Made by a program: the position numbers and the translations under genes. Shown here piece after piece: positions 54,306-64,000 of a stretch of 64,000 nucleotides of DNA. The first letter of the stretch is position 1; every line of letters begins with the position of its first letter. The DNA comes from Alphaproteobacteria bacterium. Its GTDB lineage: Bacteria; Pseudomonadota; Alphaproteobacteria; GCA-2731375. Where the stretch lies: the NCBI GenBank assembly GCA_965232515.1, contig CBDDPY010000002.1:5632001-5696000 (forward strand), read 5' to 3'. Below the pieces are notes generated by a model. That model ran no database searches and had not been told where the DNA came from. It was given only the letters and a program-made list of their open reading frames with translations.

Positions 54306-55510
54306 CGGCGACGGGCCGGCCGCCGCGCGGCCTCAAGGTCGTGACACTGACTCCGGGCGGCGGCTATGGCGATGCCGGCTGCCAATATGTCGCGGGCTTG
54401 CATGCGCTCGGGCTTCCCGTTACCTGGACGCCGACCATCCTCGACGCCACCGAACGGCAGGCCGCTGCCCGCAACAAACGCAACCTGCAGAGCGCGATCG
54501 GGCAGGATCTGCTGGCGCTCTGGGATCGGCCGCTCGACTGCGATGCGATCCTGGTGCATATGCCGCCTGTTCAATGGCACGATCATTGGCGGCAGGCGGC
54601 GCCGGATCTGCGGCCTTTCACCTGTATCGCCTGGGAGGTCGCACAGATCCCCGACGACTGGCTTCCGGCGTTGAACCTCTATGAGCGGATTTTCGTGCCG
54701 TCGACGTTCACACGACAGGCGCTTGCCGCAACGGACATCGAGGCGGCAATCGACGTCGTGCCGCACATTGCGCGCGATGTGACGCCGCAATCCGGCGGCG
54801 CGCCCTGGGGCGAGGTGGCCGACGACGATTTCGTCTTCTACGCCATCGGCAGCTGGACCACGCGCAAGGCGATGGAAGAAACGGTCCGCGCCTACCTCGA
54901 CGCCTTCACCGGCGACGACAAGGTCGCGCTGATCGTCAAGACCGGGCCGGTCGACAAGATCGCGCTCTACGCCCTGCCGGACGTACAGCGGCAGAGCGCC
55001 CCACCGCATCATGCGATGGTCTGGTGGCGGCTGGCGCAGATCCTTGCCGACTATGACAATCCGGCCAAGGTGCATCTGATCGCGGAACGGCTGCCCGCCC
55101 GCGAGATCGACCGGCTGCACACGCGCGGCGACTGTTTCGTCAGCCTGTCGCGCAGCGAGGGCTGGGGGCTGGGGTCGTTCGACGCCGTTCTGTTCGGCAA
55201 CCCGGTCATCGTGACGGGCTGGGGCGGGCACCTGGACTATCTGGGCGCGGACTATCCCCTGTTGGTCGGTCATGTTCTGGAAGCGACGTCAAGGGCCGCA
55301 TCGGACGGCTTTTTCAAGGCGGTGCTGGATGCCTGTTGGGCACGCGCCGACCGGGATCATGCCAGCGAGCTCATGCGCCGGGTTTTCGAGGATCGGGCCT
55401 CCGCGCGCGCGATCGCCCGCGAATTGCAGCCGCAGCTTCGGACCCGCTACAGCGCGGACAGGGTTTGCCGGCGTCTCGCCGCGCTGATGGGATTCGAGGT
55501 CGGCGCATGA
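54302..55510 (+). CDS. GT-B (GT4-like) glycosyltransferase, paralog 2
   Basis: Same motifs as, and colinear with, 52459-53655. Confidence 0.88.
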   Translation: MTATGRPPRGLKVVTLTPGGGYGDAGCQYVAGLHALGLPVTWTPTILDATERQAAARNKRNLQSAIGQDLLALWDRPLDCDAILVHMPPVQWHDHWRQAAPDLRPFTCIAWEVAQIPDDWLPALNLYERIFVPSTFTRQALAATDIEAAIDVVPHIARDVTPQSGGAPWGEVADDDFVFYAIGSWTTRKAMEETVRAYLDAFTGDDKVALIVKTGPVDKIALYALPDVQRQSAPPHHAMVWWRLAQILADYDNPAKVHLIAERLPAREIDRLHTRGDCFVSLSRSEGWGLGSFDAVLFGNPVIVTGWGGHLDYLGADYPLLVGHVLEATSRAASDGFFKAVLDACWARADRDHASELMRRVFEDRASARAIARELQPQLRTRYSADRVCRRLAALMGFEVGA

Positions 55511-56505
55511 CGGACAGTCCGATGCCGGCCATTCCCCAGGACCTTAAGTCGACGCGGCTGCTGGTGCTGGCCTGGACCGATCATTTCTTCGGCGCGGACT
55601 ATCTCGATGCGAAGCGTATCGCGAACCCGAACGGGCCCGACATCGAGCTCAGCTTCACCTCCGACCGCGACCGGCTGGACGAGGTCGACGCCGTCTGGTT
55701 CCACGGCCCGTCAATCACCGACCTGCCGCCGCGCAAGCGGCAGCCCTGGGTGCTGATGAGCATGGAGAGCGACGTCAACTATCCGGCCCTGAAGAATCCG
55801 CTGGTGCTGCCTCGGTTCGATCTCTTGATGACCTATCGGCTCGATGCCGACGTGCCGTGCATCTACCCGAACTGGCGGCACTACGGCACGTTTCTCGACG
55901 CCCCGCCGCGACGACGGGGACCGGCCGCGGGCGCGCTGGCCTGCTACATCGCGTCGAACCCGGTCGCGCACCGCGACGACTATGCCGCGGAATTGATGCG
56001 GCACGTGCCGGTCGACAGCCTCGGGTCCTGCCTGCGCAACGCCCGCATCGACGGCTTCGTCGACGGCGGCTGGGCCGACGGCGCCTGGGTCAGCCTGATG
56101 TCGGTGCTGCCGCGCTACAAGTTCTATCTGGCGTTCGAGAACTCGCTCACCACGGACTACGTTACCGAGCGGGTGTTTCACGCGCTGGCCAGCGGGGTGG
56201 TGCCGGTCTACCGCGGTGCCGGCAACGTGCGCGATTTCATGCCCGCCGATGACACCATTATCGACACGGCCGACTTCGCTTCTCCGCGCGAGCTGGCGGA
56301 CTATCTGCGCTACCTGGACCAGGACGATGACGCCTATGCCAAGCATCTGCGCTGGAAGCAGGACGGCTATTCCGACCGGTTCAAGGCTCTGGTCGATCTG
56401 GGCTCGGTCGATCCGCAACACCGAATGGCGGTGAAGCTGGCGCATGGCTGCGATCGTGACTGCCTTTGTGGCGGCCGGATGCGGGCGCCCGGTGTGCTGC
56501 CGTGA
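55507..56505 (+). CDS. GT10 alpha-1,3-fucosyltransferase-like protein
   Basis: SMES, MTYRLDAD, YKFYLAFENS..DYVTER..AL..G.VPVY.G, LA.YL.YLD. Confidence 0.9.
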   Translation: MTDSPMPAIPQDLKSTRLLVLAWTDHFFGADYLDAKRIANPNGPDIELSFTSDRDRLDEVDAVWFHGPSITDLPPRKRQPWVLMSMESDVNYPALKNPLVLPRFDLLMTYRLDADVPCIYPNWRHYGTFLDAPPRRRGPAAGALACYIASNPVAHRDDYAAELMRHVPVDSLGSCLRNARIDGFVDGGWADGAWVSLMSVLPRYKFYLAFENSLTTDYVTERVFHALASGVVPVYRGAGNVRDFMPADDTIIDTADFASPRELADYLRYLDQDDDAYAKHLRWKQDGYSDRFKALVDLGSVDPQHRMAVKLAHGCDRDCLCGGRMRAPGVLP

Positions 56506-57284
56506 CGACGGTCCTGGTCAACTATGCGACGGACGACTTCGCGGACTACCAGGCGATCAACAGCCTGACCGGCCGGCTGTTCGGTTTCGACGATTGCCGC
56601 AGCTACGGACCGGACGATCTCGCCCCCGACTTCGCGCGCCGGAACGCCGCAACGCTTGCCGCCGGGCGCGGCGCCGGCTATTGGCTCTGGAAGCCTTACA
56701 TCGTGGCGCGGACGTTGGCGGAACTCGCCGACGGCGATCTGCTGTTCTATGCCGACGCCGCCATGCACTTCGTCAATCCGGTTGCGCCGTTGGTCGATCT
56801 GCTGGACCGGCACGCTCTGGACCTGTTGATCCTGGGCGAGAGCTTCGCAGAGGCGCAGTACACCAAGCGTGACGCCTTTGTCCTGATGCGGGCCGACACG
56901 CCCCAATTTGTCGGCACGCCGCAGCGTTTCGCCAGCTGCTTCATGCTGCGCAAGACGGCCTGGGCCGATGATTTCGCCGCGCGCTACCTCGCCTTCGCCG
57001 AAGACGATCGTATCCTGACCGACCGGGCGAATACCTGCGGCCTGCCCGACTACTCCGACTTCATCGCCCACCGGCATGACCAGTCTATCTTCAGTCTGCT
57101 GAGCAAGCAGGCCGACGTGCCGGTCGTCGCCGCCGACATGATCGCCGGGGGCTTGCCGGATCGCGCGACGCAGATCATCAACCACACCCGCGCGCATCTC
57201 GCGCCAAAGGACATCGTCAAACGCCTGCTGGTGCAGGGCGTGCTGTCGGTCAGCGATCTGGCGGAACTGGCGGCGCCGGCATGA
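56502..57284 (+). CDS. Putative GT-A glycosyltransferase
   Basis: RGAGYWLWKPYI, YADA (DxD-like), HRHDQS motifs. Confidence 0.7.
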   Translation: MTTVLVNYATDDFADYQAINSLTGRLFGFDDCRSYGPDDLAPDFARRNAATLAAGRGAGYWLWKPYIVARTLAELADGDLLFYADAAMHFVNPVAPLVDLLDRHALDLLILGESFAEAQYTKRDAFVLMRADTPQFVGTPQRFASCFMLRKTAWADDFAARYLAFAEDDRILTDRANTCGLPDYSDFIAHRHDQSIFSLLSKQADVPVVAADMIAGGLPDRATQIINHTRAHLAPKDIVKRLLVQGVLSVSDLAELAAPA

Positions 57285-58227
57285 CGTCCGCCAGGGCCGC
57301 GCGCTTGACGCAGACCCAGGGCGTGATGCCGGGCTTGATCCAGTGGCTGTCAGCCGTGCAGCGCTCGAGCCTGCCGCCGCGCCCCTTGATGTAGCCGTTG
57401 TAGTTGAAAGCGATGGCCTCAGGGTTGCGTGTCGCGGCATCCGCGATGGCGGCATGGTCGCCTGGCGCGTATTCCACGTAATCGATGTCGAAGCCGAAGA
57501 TGTCGTGGTTCTCGAACACGGCGTAGCCGTCGATGGGCGCGGGCGGTGGCGGATGCTGAATGTTCCAGATGTTGGTGTGGTGGTGGATGAAATAGAGCAG
57601 GCGCTCCGACCGGATCGCATCGATGGACTTTCCGCCAAGCGCCGGCAGTTGCCCGAGCACATTCCGGCCGCAGACCTTGTCGAGACCGATGATATTGAAC
57701 CGGAAGATGTTCTCGAACAGTCGCACCTGTTTGGTCAGCATATCCGGGCCGGTATTGTTGAAGACATCGGCGAAGGTGACGTCGCGCTCGATCAGGTGCG
57801 ACAGCCGCTTCGTGACATAGCCGAAAAAGGCATGGCCCGGCGGCGCCGCCATCAGGGCGTTGGCGATGATCGTGTCGTCGATGGTCGGCGCGGCCAGCAG
57901 CGACAGATGCACGTCGCCCTCGGCGAGCAGCGGATCGATCGGCTTCAGGCACTCCATGTCGAGGTCGATATAGACGCCGCCATAGTGCAGCAGCATGAAG
58001 TAGCGGACGGCGTCGACCCGCTCGATGTTGTGCTTGTAGCCGTCATAGGTCGGCAGGAACCAGGGATAGTGCTCGGCGATCAGCCGACGGTTGTCCGCGT
58101 CGGTCCAGAGCCAGTGTTGCCAGTCCGGATGGTGCGTCCGCACGGTCGCGCGATGGCGCGCGTAGTCGTCCGGCAGCGTCTCGGTCTTCCAGGTCTGGTG
58201 AATGATCCGGGGGATCGTCTGTTGCAT
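57250..58227 (-). CDS. GT32 (OCH1-like) glycosyltransferase with an extra C-terminal domain
   Basis: IPRIIHQTWKT, WTD, D.VRYF.L..YGGVYIDLD, NALMA, TGP. Confidence 0.88.
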   Translation of the reverse strand: MQQTIPRIIHQTWKTETLPDDYARHRATVRTHHPDWQHWLWTDADNRRLIAEHYPWFLPTYDGYKHNIERVDAVRYFMLLHYGGVYIDLDMECLKPIDPLLAEGDVHLSLLAAPTIDDTIIANALMAAPPGHAFFGYVTKRLSHLIERDVTFADVFNNTGPDMLTKQVRLFENIFRFNIIGLDKVCGRNVLGQLPALGGKSIDAIRSERLLYFIHHHTNIWNIQHPPPPAPIDGYAVFENHDIFGFDIDYVEYAPGDHAAIADAATRNPEAIAFNYNGYIKGRGGRLERCTADSHWIKPGITPWVCVKRAALADVMPAPPVPPDR

Positions 58228-58358
58228 GCCGTCGATCTCGTGCGGCGGTCGGCATTGACCGTCGTTCCGGGCATGTCATACCGTCGGCGCGCGCCGCCGT
58301 TCAAGGAGAGTTGACGGCGAGCGATAACGCTGTTCGCGTGTGCGTGGCAGGAGTGGGG

Positions 58359-59339
58359 ATGCGGGAAGGCAAGATCGTCGTCTGCGGTGCGGGCGGCTTT
58401 ATCGGCGGACACTTGGTGAACGATCTGATCCGCCGGGGCTGCACGGACCTCCGGGCGGTCGATGTGAAGCCATTCGACGGCTGGTTTCAGGTCTCGGATG
58501 CGGCTGAAAACATCAGACTCGATCTGCGGCGGCGCGAGGCCTGCCTCGCGGCTCTGGCGGACGCGCGGGTCGTCTACAACCTGGCCGCCGATATGGGCGG
58601 CATTGGCTTCATCGAGTTCAATCGCGCCCAATGCATGCTGAACGTGCTGATCAACAGCCATCTGCTGGAGGCGGCGCAGGAGCTGGGCGTCGCGCGCTAT
58701 TTCTTCACCTCGTCCGCTTGCGCCTACAACGTCGAACTGCAGCGCGATCCCGATGTGACGGCCCTGAAGGAAGCGGATGCTTATCCGGCCATGCCGGAGG
58801 ACGGTTACGGCTGGGAAAAGCTGTTCAGCGAACGCATGTGTCGGCACTTCACGGAAGATTTCGGCCTGCCCACCCGCGTCGCCCGGCTTCACAACATCTA
58901 TGGTCCCTACGGCACTTTTGACGGCGGTCGGGAGAAGGCGCCGGCGGCGATCTGCCGCAAGGTCGCCGAAGCAAAACTGTCGGGGCGGCACGAGATCGAA
59001 ATCTGGGGCACGGGCGAGCAGACCCGCAGCTTCACGAACATCGACGACTGCCTCCACGGCATGCACCTGATCATGGAATGCGATGTGGCCGAGCCGCTGA
59101 ACCTCGGCAGCAACGAGTGTGTCAGCATCAACCAACTGGTCGACATGGTCGAAGACATCGCCGGCGTCCGGCTGGCGCGGCGTTACGATCCGACCGCGCC
59201 GGCCGGCGTCAACGGCCGCAACAGCGACAACAGCCGCATCCAGGCGGTGCTTGGCTGGCAGCCGAGCACGCCGCTTGCCGCTGGCCTGGAGGCGACTTAC
59301 CGCTGGATCTACGACCAGATGGCAGGCAGTTCGGCGTAG
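58359..59339 (+). CDS. NAD-dependent epimerase, GDP-mannose 3,5-epimerase-like
   Basis: GAGGFIG, NLAADMGG.GFI, SSACAY, PEDGYGWEK, HNIYGP.GT.DGGREKAPAA.CRK, GV.GRNSDN. Confidence 0.87.
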   Translation: MREGKIVVCGAGGFIGGHLVNDLIRRGCTDLRAVDVKPFDGWFQVSDAAENIRLDLRRREACLAALADARVVYNLAADMGGIGFIEFNRAQCMLNVLINSHLLEAAQELGVARYFFTSSACAYNVELQRDPDVTALKEADAYPAMPEDGYGWEKLFSERMCRHFTEDFGLPTRVARLHNIYGPYGTFDGGREKAPAAICRKVAEAKLSGRHEIEIWGTGEQTRSFTNIDDCLHGMHLIMECDVAEPLNLGSNECVSINQLVDMVEDIAGVRLARRYDPTAPAGVNGRNSDNSRIQAVLGWQPSTPLAAGLEATYRWIYDQMAGSSA

Positions 59340-59344
59340 TGGGT

Positions 59345-61186
59345 TCAGGCCCGGGGGGCCGCGCCTTGCGTGGCGACGAGGTCGTCGATCTGGCGCAGCA
59401 GCGGTTCGTAGTCGGGCGAGTCGGGGCTGGCGTAGTTGAAGTTCTTGAACAGGCCGGTCAGCCGCGTGAAGAAATCGCGGGCCTGCGCCTTGTCGGCAAA
59501 GGCGTAATCCTGTTTGACGATGCGGTAGACCTTGTCGAACGACAGCTTCTGACGTTCCAGCGGCACGGTGGCGTCGACCGCGTCGAACGCATCCTGCTGC
59601 AGATAGACCATGTCGACGAACAGCGCCTTCTGATAGGTGACGAAATCCTCCGCCGTCACGCCTTCCTCGCCGGTCACCTGCATCATCTGCAGCACCGCGT
59701 CGCCGCGGTCCAGCAGATCCAGCATCTCGGCCACGCGTCCCGTCCAGCCGGCCTCCAGATGCGTGTCGAACCATGGCTCGAGCTGCCGCGTATAGCGCGA
59801 CCAGGACAGCAGCGGATCGACGGCGGGATAAAAGCGCTTGTAGGCGCGGTCCGCCGACAGGCCGAGAAAGCACTTCACCGTCGACAGCGTCGATTGCGTC
59901 ACCGGCTCGTCGAAATTGCCGCCGGCCGGCGACACCGTGCCGATCATGGTCAGGCTGCCGACCGAGCCGTCGTTGGTCTCGATCACGCCGGCGCGCTCGT
60001 AGACGCCCTTGATCGAGGATTCGAGATAGGCCGGAAAGCCCTCCTCGCCGGGGATTTCCTCCAGGCGTCCGGACGTCTCGCGCATGGCCTGGGCCCAACG
60101 CGAGGTCGAGTCGGCGATCAGCAGCACGTCGTAGCCCATCTGCCGGTAATACTCGCCGAGCGTGATCCCGGTATAGATCGAGGCCTCGCGCGCGGCGACC
60201 GGCATCGACGAGGTGTTGCAGATGATGATCGTCCGGTCCATTAGCGAGCCGCCGGTCTTGGTATCCGTCATCTTCGGGAACTCGTTGATGGTCTCCACCA
60301 CCTCGCCGGCGCGCTCGCCGCAGGCCACCACCAGGACAATGTCGACCGAGGAATGGCGCGAGATCAGGTTCTGCAGCACCGTCTTGCCGGCGCCGAACGG
60401 GCCCGGGATGCAGGCGGTGCCGCCGCGCGCCACCGGAAAGAACGTGTCGATCAGACGTTGCGTGGTCACCATCGGCTCGTCCGGATAGAGCCGGCGCGAC
60501 AGGCTGCGCTTCAGCAGACCGGCGCTTAACGGCTGCCGCACCGGCCATCTCTGCGTCAGCGAGACGGAGTGCTCGCGGTCGGCCGCGTCGGCGAGGCGCG
60601 CGACGACTTCCTGCGCGTGAAAGCTGCCCTCCTGGATCCAGGCGACCCGGTATTCGCCGGACCAGTCGAACGGCACCATGATCTTGTGCGTGAAGCGGCC
60701 TTCCTGCACCGTGCCCAGCGTGTCGCCCGCCACCACCGTCGCGCCGGTCTTCACCACCGGCACGAACGACCACTTGCCGGTCGAGTCCAGCGCCTCGACG
60801 GCGACGCCGCGCGGCAGGAAGATGCCGTACTGCGCCGCGACCTTCGGCAACGGCGCTTGCAGGCCGTCATAGACCTGGCCCAGCAGCCCCGGCCCCAGAT
60901 CGACCGACAACAGCTGGCTGGACTGTTCGACCCGGTCGCCAATGGCCACGCCCATGGTGCTTTCATAGACCTGGGCATCGGCATAGGCGCCGCGCACACG
61001 CAGCACCTCGGCCTTCAGCCGTTCCTGCTCGCCACGTTCGTTGAGTTCGCTCGGACAGACATAGACCACTTCGTTCTTGACCAGCGAGGCGCGATTGCCG
61101 GCCTCGTCCATCTGGGCCTCGATCTCGACCAGATCATCCTGGACGGCGACGATGCGTGCCGTCGCCGGGGCGTTGGGCGTTGTCAT
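59345..61186 (-). CDS. ntpA: V/A-type ATP synthase subunit A
   Basis: [56 protein letters not shown]. Confidence 0.95.
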   Translation of the reverse strand: MTTPNAPATARIVAVQDDLVEIEAQMDEAGNRASLVKNEVVYVCPSELNERGEQERLKAEVLRVRGAYADAQVYESTMGVAIGDRVEQSSQLLSVDLGPGLLGQVYDGLQAPLPKVAAQYGIFLPRGVAVEALDSTGKWSFVPVVKTGATVVAGDTLGTVQEGRFTHKIMVPFDWSGEYRVAWIQEGSFHAQEVVARLADAADREHSVSLTQRWPVRQPLSAGLLKRSLSRRLYPDEPMVTTQRLIDTFFPVARGGTACIPGPFGAGKTVLQNLISRHSSVDIVLVVACGERAGEVVETINEFPKMTDTKTGGSLMDRTIIICNTSSMPVAAREASIYTGITLGEYYRQMGYDVLLIADSTSRWAQAMRETSGRLEEIPGEEGFPAYLESSIKGVYERAGVIETNDGSVGSLTMIGTVSPAGGNFDEPVTQSTLSTVKCFLGLSADRAYKRFYPAVDPLLSWSRYTRQLEPWFDTHLEAGWTGRVAEMLDLLDRGDAVLQMMQVTGEEGVTAEDFVTYQKALFVDMVYLQQDAFDAVDATVPLERQKLSFDKVYRIVKQDYAFADKAQARDFFTRLTGLFKNFNYASPDSPDYEPLLRQIDDLVATQGAAPRA

Positions 61187-61878
61187 GATCGTTCCGTGAA
61201 AGTTAGGGTGGCGAACCGGCCGAGGCCCGCTTCGGTCAGGTCCTGAAAGCGGCGGGCCGCGGCCTCCGAATTGTATTTCGTCCAGCGGTCGACGATGTTC
61301 CATTTCAGCACGTAGATCACCACGGCCTCGAAATCGAACTGATGCTCGCCGGCCTGCCGGACCAGCTTCTGCCAGGATTCCTGCAGCAGCAGCCGCTCCA
61401 GGGTCTCGGAGTCGCCGTCCTTCAGCAGCCGGTCGGCTTCCCGCAGCCACGGAAACACGCCGTCCAGTCGGAATGTCGGCTCGGTCCAATGGCGCGCGAT
61501 GTGGTGGACCCAGCGGCCGATGCCCCAGCGCGCGCCGGCCGCCGGCGCCGCCTCGCCACGAAGCCGCCGGCGCAACGCCGCGACGCAGGTACGGATCTCC
61601 AACCGGTCGCGAATGATCCGCGTCAGCACCTCGTTGTCGATCTGCGCCAGTGCTTTCCGCCCGCGGTCGACCACGTCGGCATCGCTCAATTCGATCGGCA
61701 GGTGGTCCCACCGCAGCGCGTCTTCCACCTGTCGCAGGACCGCTGCGTGCCCCGGCGACAGCACGCGCAGACGCTGGTCGAGCCTCAACCGCGACAGGGG
61801 CGTCTGCTTCGCCACGAAAATCGGTTCCGGCTTCGGCAGGCTGGAGATCAGCATCACATAGGCGTTCGGATCGCTCAT
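61183..61878 (-). CDS. V-type ATPase-associated DUF2764 (subunit C-like) protein
   Basis: Y.MLISSLP at the N-terminus, HQFDFEAVVIYVLK..I..RW; lies between subunits E and A. Confidence 0.78.
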   Translation of the reverse strand: MSDPNAYVMLISSLPKPEPIFVAKQTPLSRLRLDQRLRVLSPGHAAVLRQVEDALRWDHLPIELSDADVVDRGRKALAQIDNEVLTRIIRDRLEIRTCVAALRRRLRGEAAPAAGARWGIGRWVHHIARHWTEPTFRLDGVFPWLREADRLLKDGDSETLERLLLQESWQKLVRQAGEHQFDFEAVVIYVLKWNIVDRWTKYNSEAAARRFQDLTEAGLGRFATLTFTERS

Positions 61879-61892
61879 CGCCGCGCGCCGCC

Positions 61893-62585
61893 TTATCTGA
61901 CGATGCCTTCGAGGATGGCGCGGAAGCGCGGCTGCAGATGCTTCAGCAGCAGGTCGGCCACGGCCTCGTCGGTCAGATCCACGGTGATCTCCTTCTCCGC
62001 GACGTGGACCCGCACGCCCGATCCCATGTCATCCGATGCCGAAAACGTGACGCCGTCGCGCATCATCTCGCCGGTCAAGCCCAGGACGAAGCCGGTCAGC
62101 CGGCCTTTTTGCAGCTCATCGGGGTCGCCGCGCAATTCCTCCATGCCGACGGCGCTTTCGGGCAGGATCACGTCCAGGGCCTCGGCCTCGTCCAGGCCGG
62201 TCCTGTCCTGGGCGCGACCGGCCACCTCCAGGATCATCCGCCGCAGCATCTCCGGATCCGCCAGGTCGTGCGAGACCAGGCGTTTCACATCCGCGCTGAA
62301 CCGGTCCATCAGCTGCGCCTTCATCTCCAGAACGGCGTCGCGCATGGCCGATTTCAATGCCTGCTCACCGGCGGACCGATAAGCATCGGACTCCCTGTGC
62401 GCGGTCTCCAGCTTGCTCTTGGCCTCGGCCGTCGCCTCGTCCAGGATTCGCTTGGCTTGCGCCCGGGCGTCGGCGACGATCTGCTCGGCGTCGCTGCGCC
62501 CGGCCGACACGCCGTCCTCGCGCAACCGCGCGATCAGGGCGTCGACGCCGCTGGAGACGGGCTCGGCTGGCTGTTGCTTCGCCAT
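61893..62585 (-). CDS. ntpE: V/A-type ATP synthase subunit E
   Basis: LI..LREDGV..G...AEQIVADA..A..I..EA coiled coil; ends L.PRFRAILEG. Confidence 0.85.
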   Translation of the reverse strand: MAKQQPAEPVSSGVDALIARLREDGVSAGRSDAEQIVADARAQAKRILDEATAEAKSKLETAHRESDAYRSAGEQALKSAMRDAVLEMKAQLMDRFSADVKRLVSHDLADPEMLRRMILEVAGRAQDRTGLDEAEALDVILPESAVGMEELRGDPDELQKGRLTGFVLGLTGEMMRDGVTFSASDDMGSGVRVHVAEKEITVDLTDEAVADLLLKHLQPRFRAILEGIVR

Positions 62586-63037
62586 CACGCGCCTCCCGGG
62601 ATGCCGGCGCTGACGACCAGCGCGAAGATGAAAGCGAACACGGCGAAGCCCTCGACGATCGCCGCCGGCGCCACCGACAGGCCGAAGATCTCGGGCTTCT
62701 CCTTGAACGCGTTGATCGCCGCCGCGACGGCGCGGCCCTGCCAGATCGCCGTGTAGAGCAGGGCGATGCCGGCGAAGAAGCCGATGCCGAACAGCGCGCC
62801 CGCGTTTTCCGGCGTCACCTCGCGGTTCAGCGTGAACATCACGACGATGCCGTAGATCACCATCGACGAGGGAAACGCCGACAGGCCGACGAAGCGGCCA
62901 TAGCCGCCCTCGGTCTCCAGCATGGCGCCGATGCCGGCCTGGCCGGCGATGGAGCAGCCGATCCCGCTGCCGACCGCGCTGATGGCCATCGGCGAATAGA
63001 TGCCGACCCAGCCCAAGGCAATGACCAGTTCGTTCAC
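62585..63037 (-). CDS. ntpK: V/A-type ATP synthase subunit K (proteolipid, 4 TM)
   Basis: GS.IGC..AG.A, PSS..IYG, WQG, IVEGFAVFAF; 150 aa. Confidence 0.9.
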   Translation of the reverse strand: MNELVIALGWVGIYSPMAISAVGSGIGCSIAGQAGIGAMLETEGGYGRFVGLSAFPSSMVIYGIVVMFTLNREVTPENAGALFGIGFFAGIALLYTAIWQGRAVAAAINAFKEKPEIFGLSVAPAAIVEGFAVFAFIFALVVSAGIPGGA

Positions 63038-64000
63038 GGTTGCACCTCCCTGCGGGCGAACCGGCGGAAGGCCTTGCCTTCCTCGGGCATCGCCCATTTG
63101 TAGAACTCCATGAAGTTGAGCCGTAGGCCATGCACCACGCCGCTCATGATCGAAAGGCCCAGGTTCAGCGTATGGCCGACGAGCAGCAGCAGGATCGCCA
63201 GCAGCAGCCCCAGGCCCGGCACCGCGTCCTTCATCTGCATGGCGAGGCTGTTGAACGTCAGCGCCAGCGACGCGCTCGCGAGCCCGAGCGCGAACAGCCG
63301 CATGTAGCTCAGCACGTCGCCGAACATGCCCATGACACCGGTCAGCGCCTGGGCACCGTCCAGCACCCGCCAGAGATAATCTGTCGGGCGCCCGCCAAAT
63401 GGCCGGTTGCTGGAGAACAGGAACACCGCCACGAGACCGGCGACCAGCAGGCCGGTGCCGACAGTGGCAAGCGTGCCGCCGGCCTCGGCGAAGGCCAGGA
63501 AGAAGCCGCCGAACAGCCCGGCGATCCAGCCGACATTCGCGATCGCAACCGGCCGGCCCCAATTCAGGTAGGCGACGATCGCGTTCGCCAGCACCAGATG
63601 CAGGATGCCGATCACGATGGAGATCATCATCATGGCCTGGTAATTGTTGACATCGAGCACGTGCAGCGCGCCCAACAGCGAACCGTCCGGCGGTGTCACG
63701 CCGAAATAGCTGCCGACCAGAACGCCGTAGACGATGCAGCAGCCGAACAGGCTGAGGCCCAGCAACCGGTAGCCGCGGCCCTTTTCGCTGGCGCCCAGGC
63801 GTTTCCAGCCGACGAGCAGGCCCGCCAGCAGGACCAGGCCGTAACCGGCGTCCGACAGGATCATCGCGAAGAAGACCGAAAACGAGAAGAACAGCACGAT
63901 TGAGGGGTCCCAGGCGCGGTAGCTCGGGATCTGATAGAACATGGCCAGGTCGACGCCGGCCGCCAGCTCCGGCGGTTCCTCGATCAGCGTCGGCGGCTCT
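63034..64000 (-). CDS. ntpI: V/A-type ATP synthase subunit I (5' truncated by window)
   Basis: FFAMILSDAGYG, DVLSYMRLFALGLAS, HGLRLNFMEFY. Confidence 0.93.
   Translation of the reverse strand, partial: EPPTLIEEPPELAAGVDLAMFYQIPSYRAWDPSIVLFFSFSVFFAMILSDAGYGLVLLAGLLVGWKRLGASEKGRGYRLLGLSLFGCCIVYGVLVGSYFGVTPPDGSLLGALHVLDVNNYQAMMMISIVIGILHLVLANAIVAYLNWGRPVAIANVGWIAGLFGGFFLAFAEAGGTLATVGTGLLVAGLVAVFLFSSNRPFGGRPTDYLWRVLDGAQALTGVMGMFGDVLSYMRLFALGLASASLALTFNSLAMQMKDAVPGLGLLLAILLLLVGHTLNLGLSIMSGVVHGLRLNFMEFYKWAMPEEGKAFRRFARREVQP

Noticed and set aside
45086-63903. Long alternative-frame or antisense ORFs (e.g. 45086-46582, 49842-51497, 52039-53505, 58080-60773)
   Set aside because: Arg/Pro/Ala-rich shadow ORFs typical of high-GC DNA, overlapping well-supported genes.

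Overview
High-GC alphaproteobacterial (Rhodospirillales-like) chromosome segment in five blocks. (1) 1-8630: housekeeping genes hisS(3' end)-prfA-prmC-DUF4167-MOSC-clpB-M23 peptidase. (2) ~8730-15466: a complete rRNA operon (16S-tRNA-Ile-tRNA-Ala-23S-5S-tRNA-fMet). The 23S gene carries two intervening sequences: a non-coding, hairpin-rich one in helix 25 and one in helix 45 encoding a four-helix-bundle protein. The spacers are filled with inverted 7-bp (ATCAGGG-like) tandem arrays that flank both spacer tRNAs, 23S, 5S and the helix-45 insert. (3) 15455-45120: a ~29.7 kb lower-GC integrative mobilizable island inserted in the tRNA-fMet 3' end. It encodes a large serine recombinase, VirD4-like coupling protein, MobC/relaxase with an oriT-like site, an invertase with hix-like sites, IS481 and SRAP remnants, a Fic protein, and a TM0106 nuclease-SIR2-HerA-KTSC defence operon. 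(4) 45236-59339: an amidohydrolase, then a RiPP-like/glycan cluster. It contains an unannotated 55-aa twin-arginine precursor peptide ending in Ser, PqqD/RRE, HPr-kinase-like kinase, nucleotidyltransferase, about eight glycosyltransferases, a sulfotransferase and a GDP-mannose 3,5-epimerase-like enzyme, but no lasso cyclase. (5) 59345-64000: part of a V/A-type ATPase operon. All calls come from reading motifs by eye; no database searches were run.
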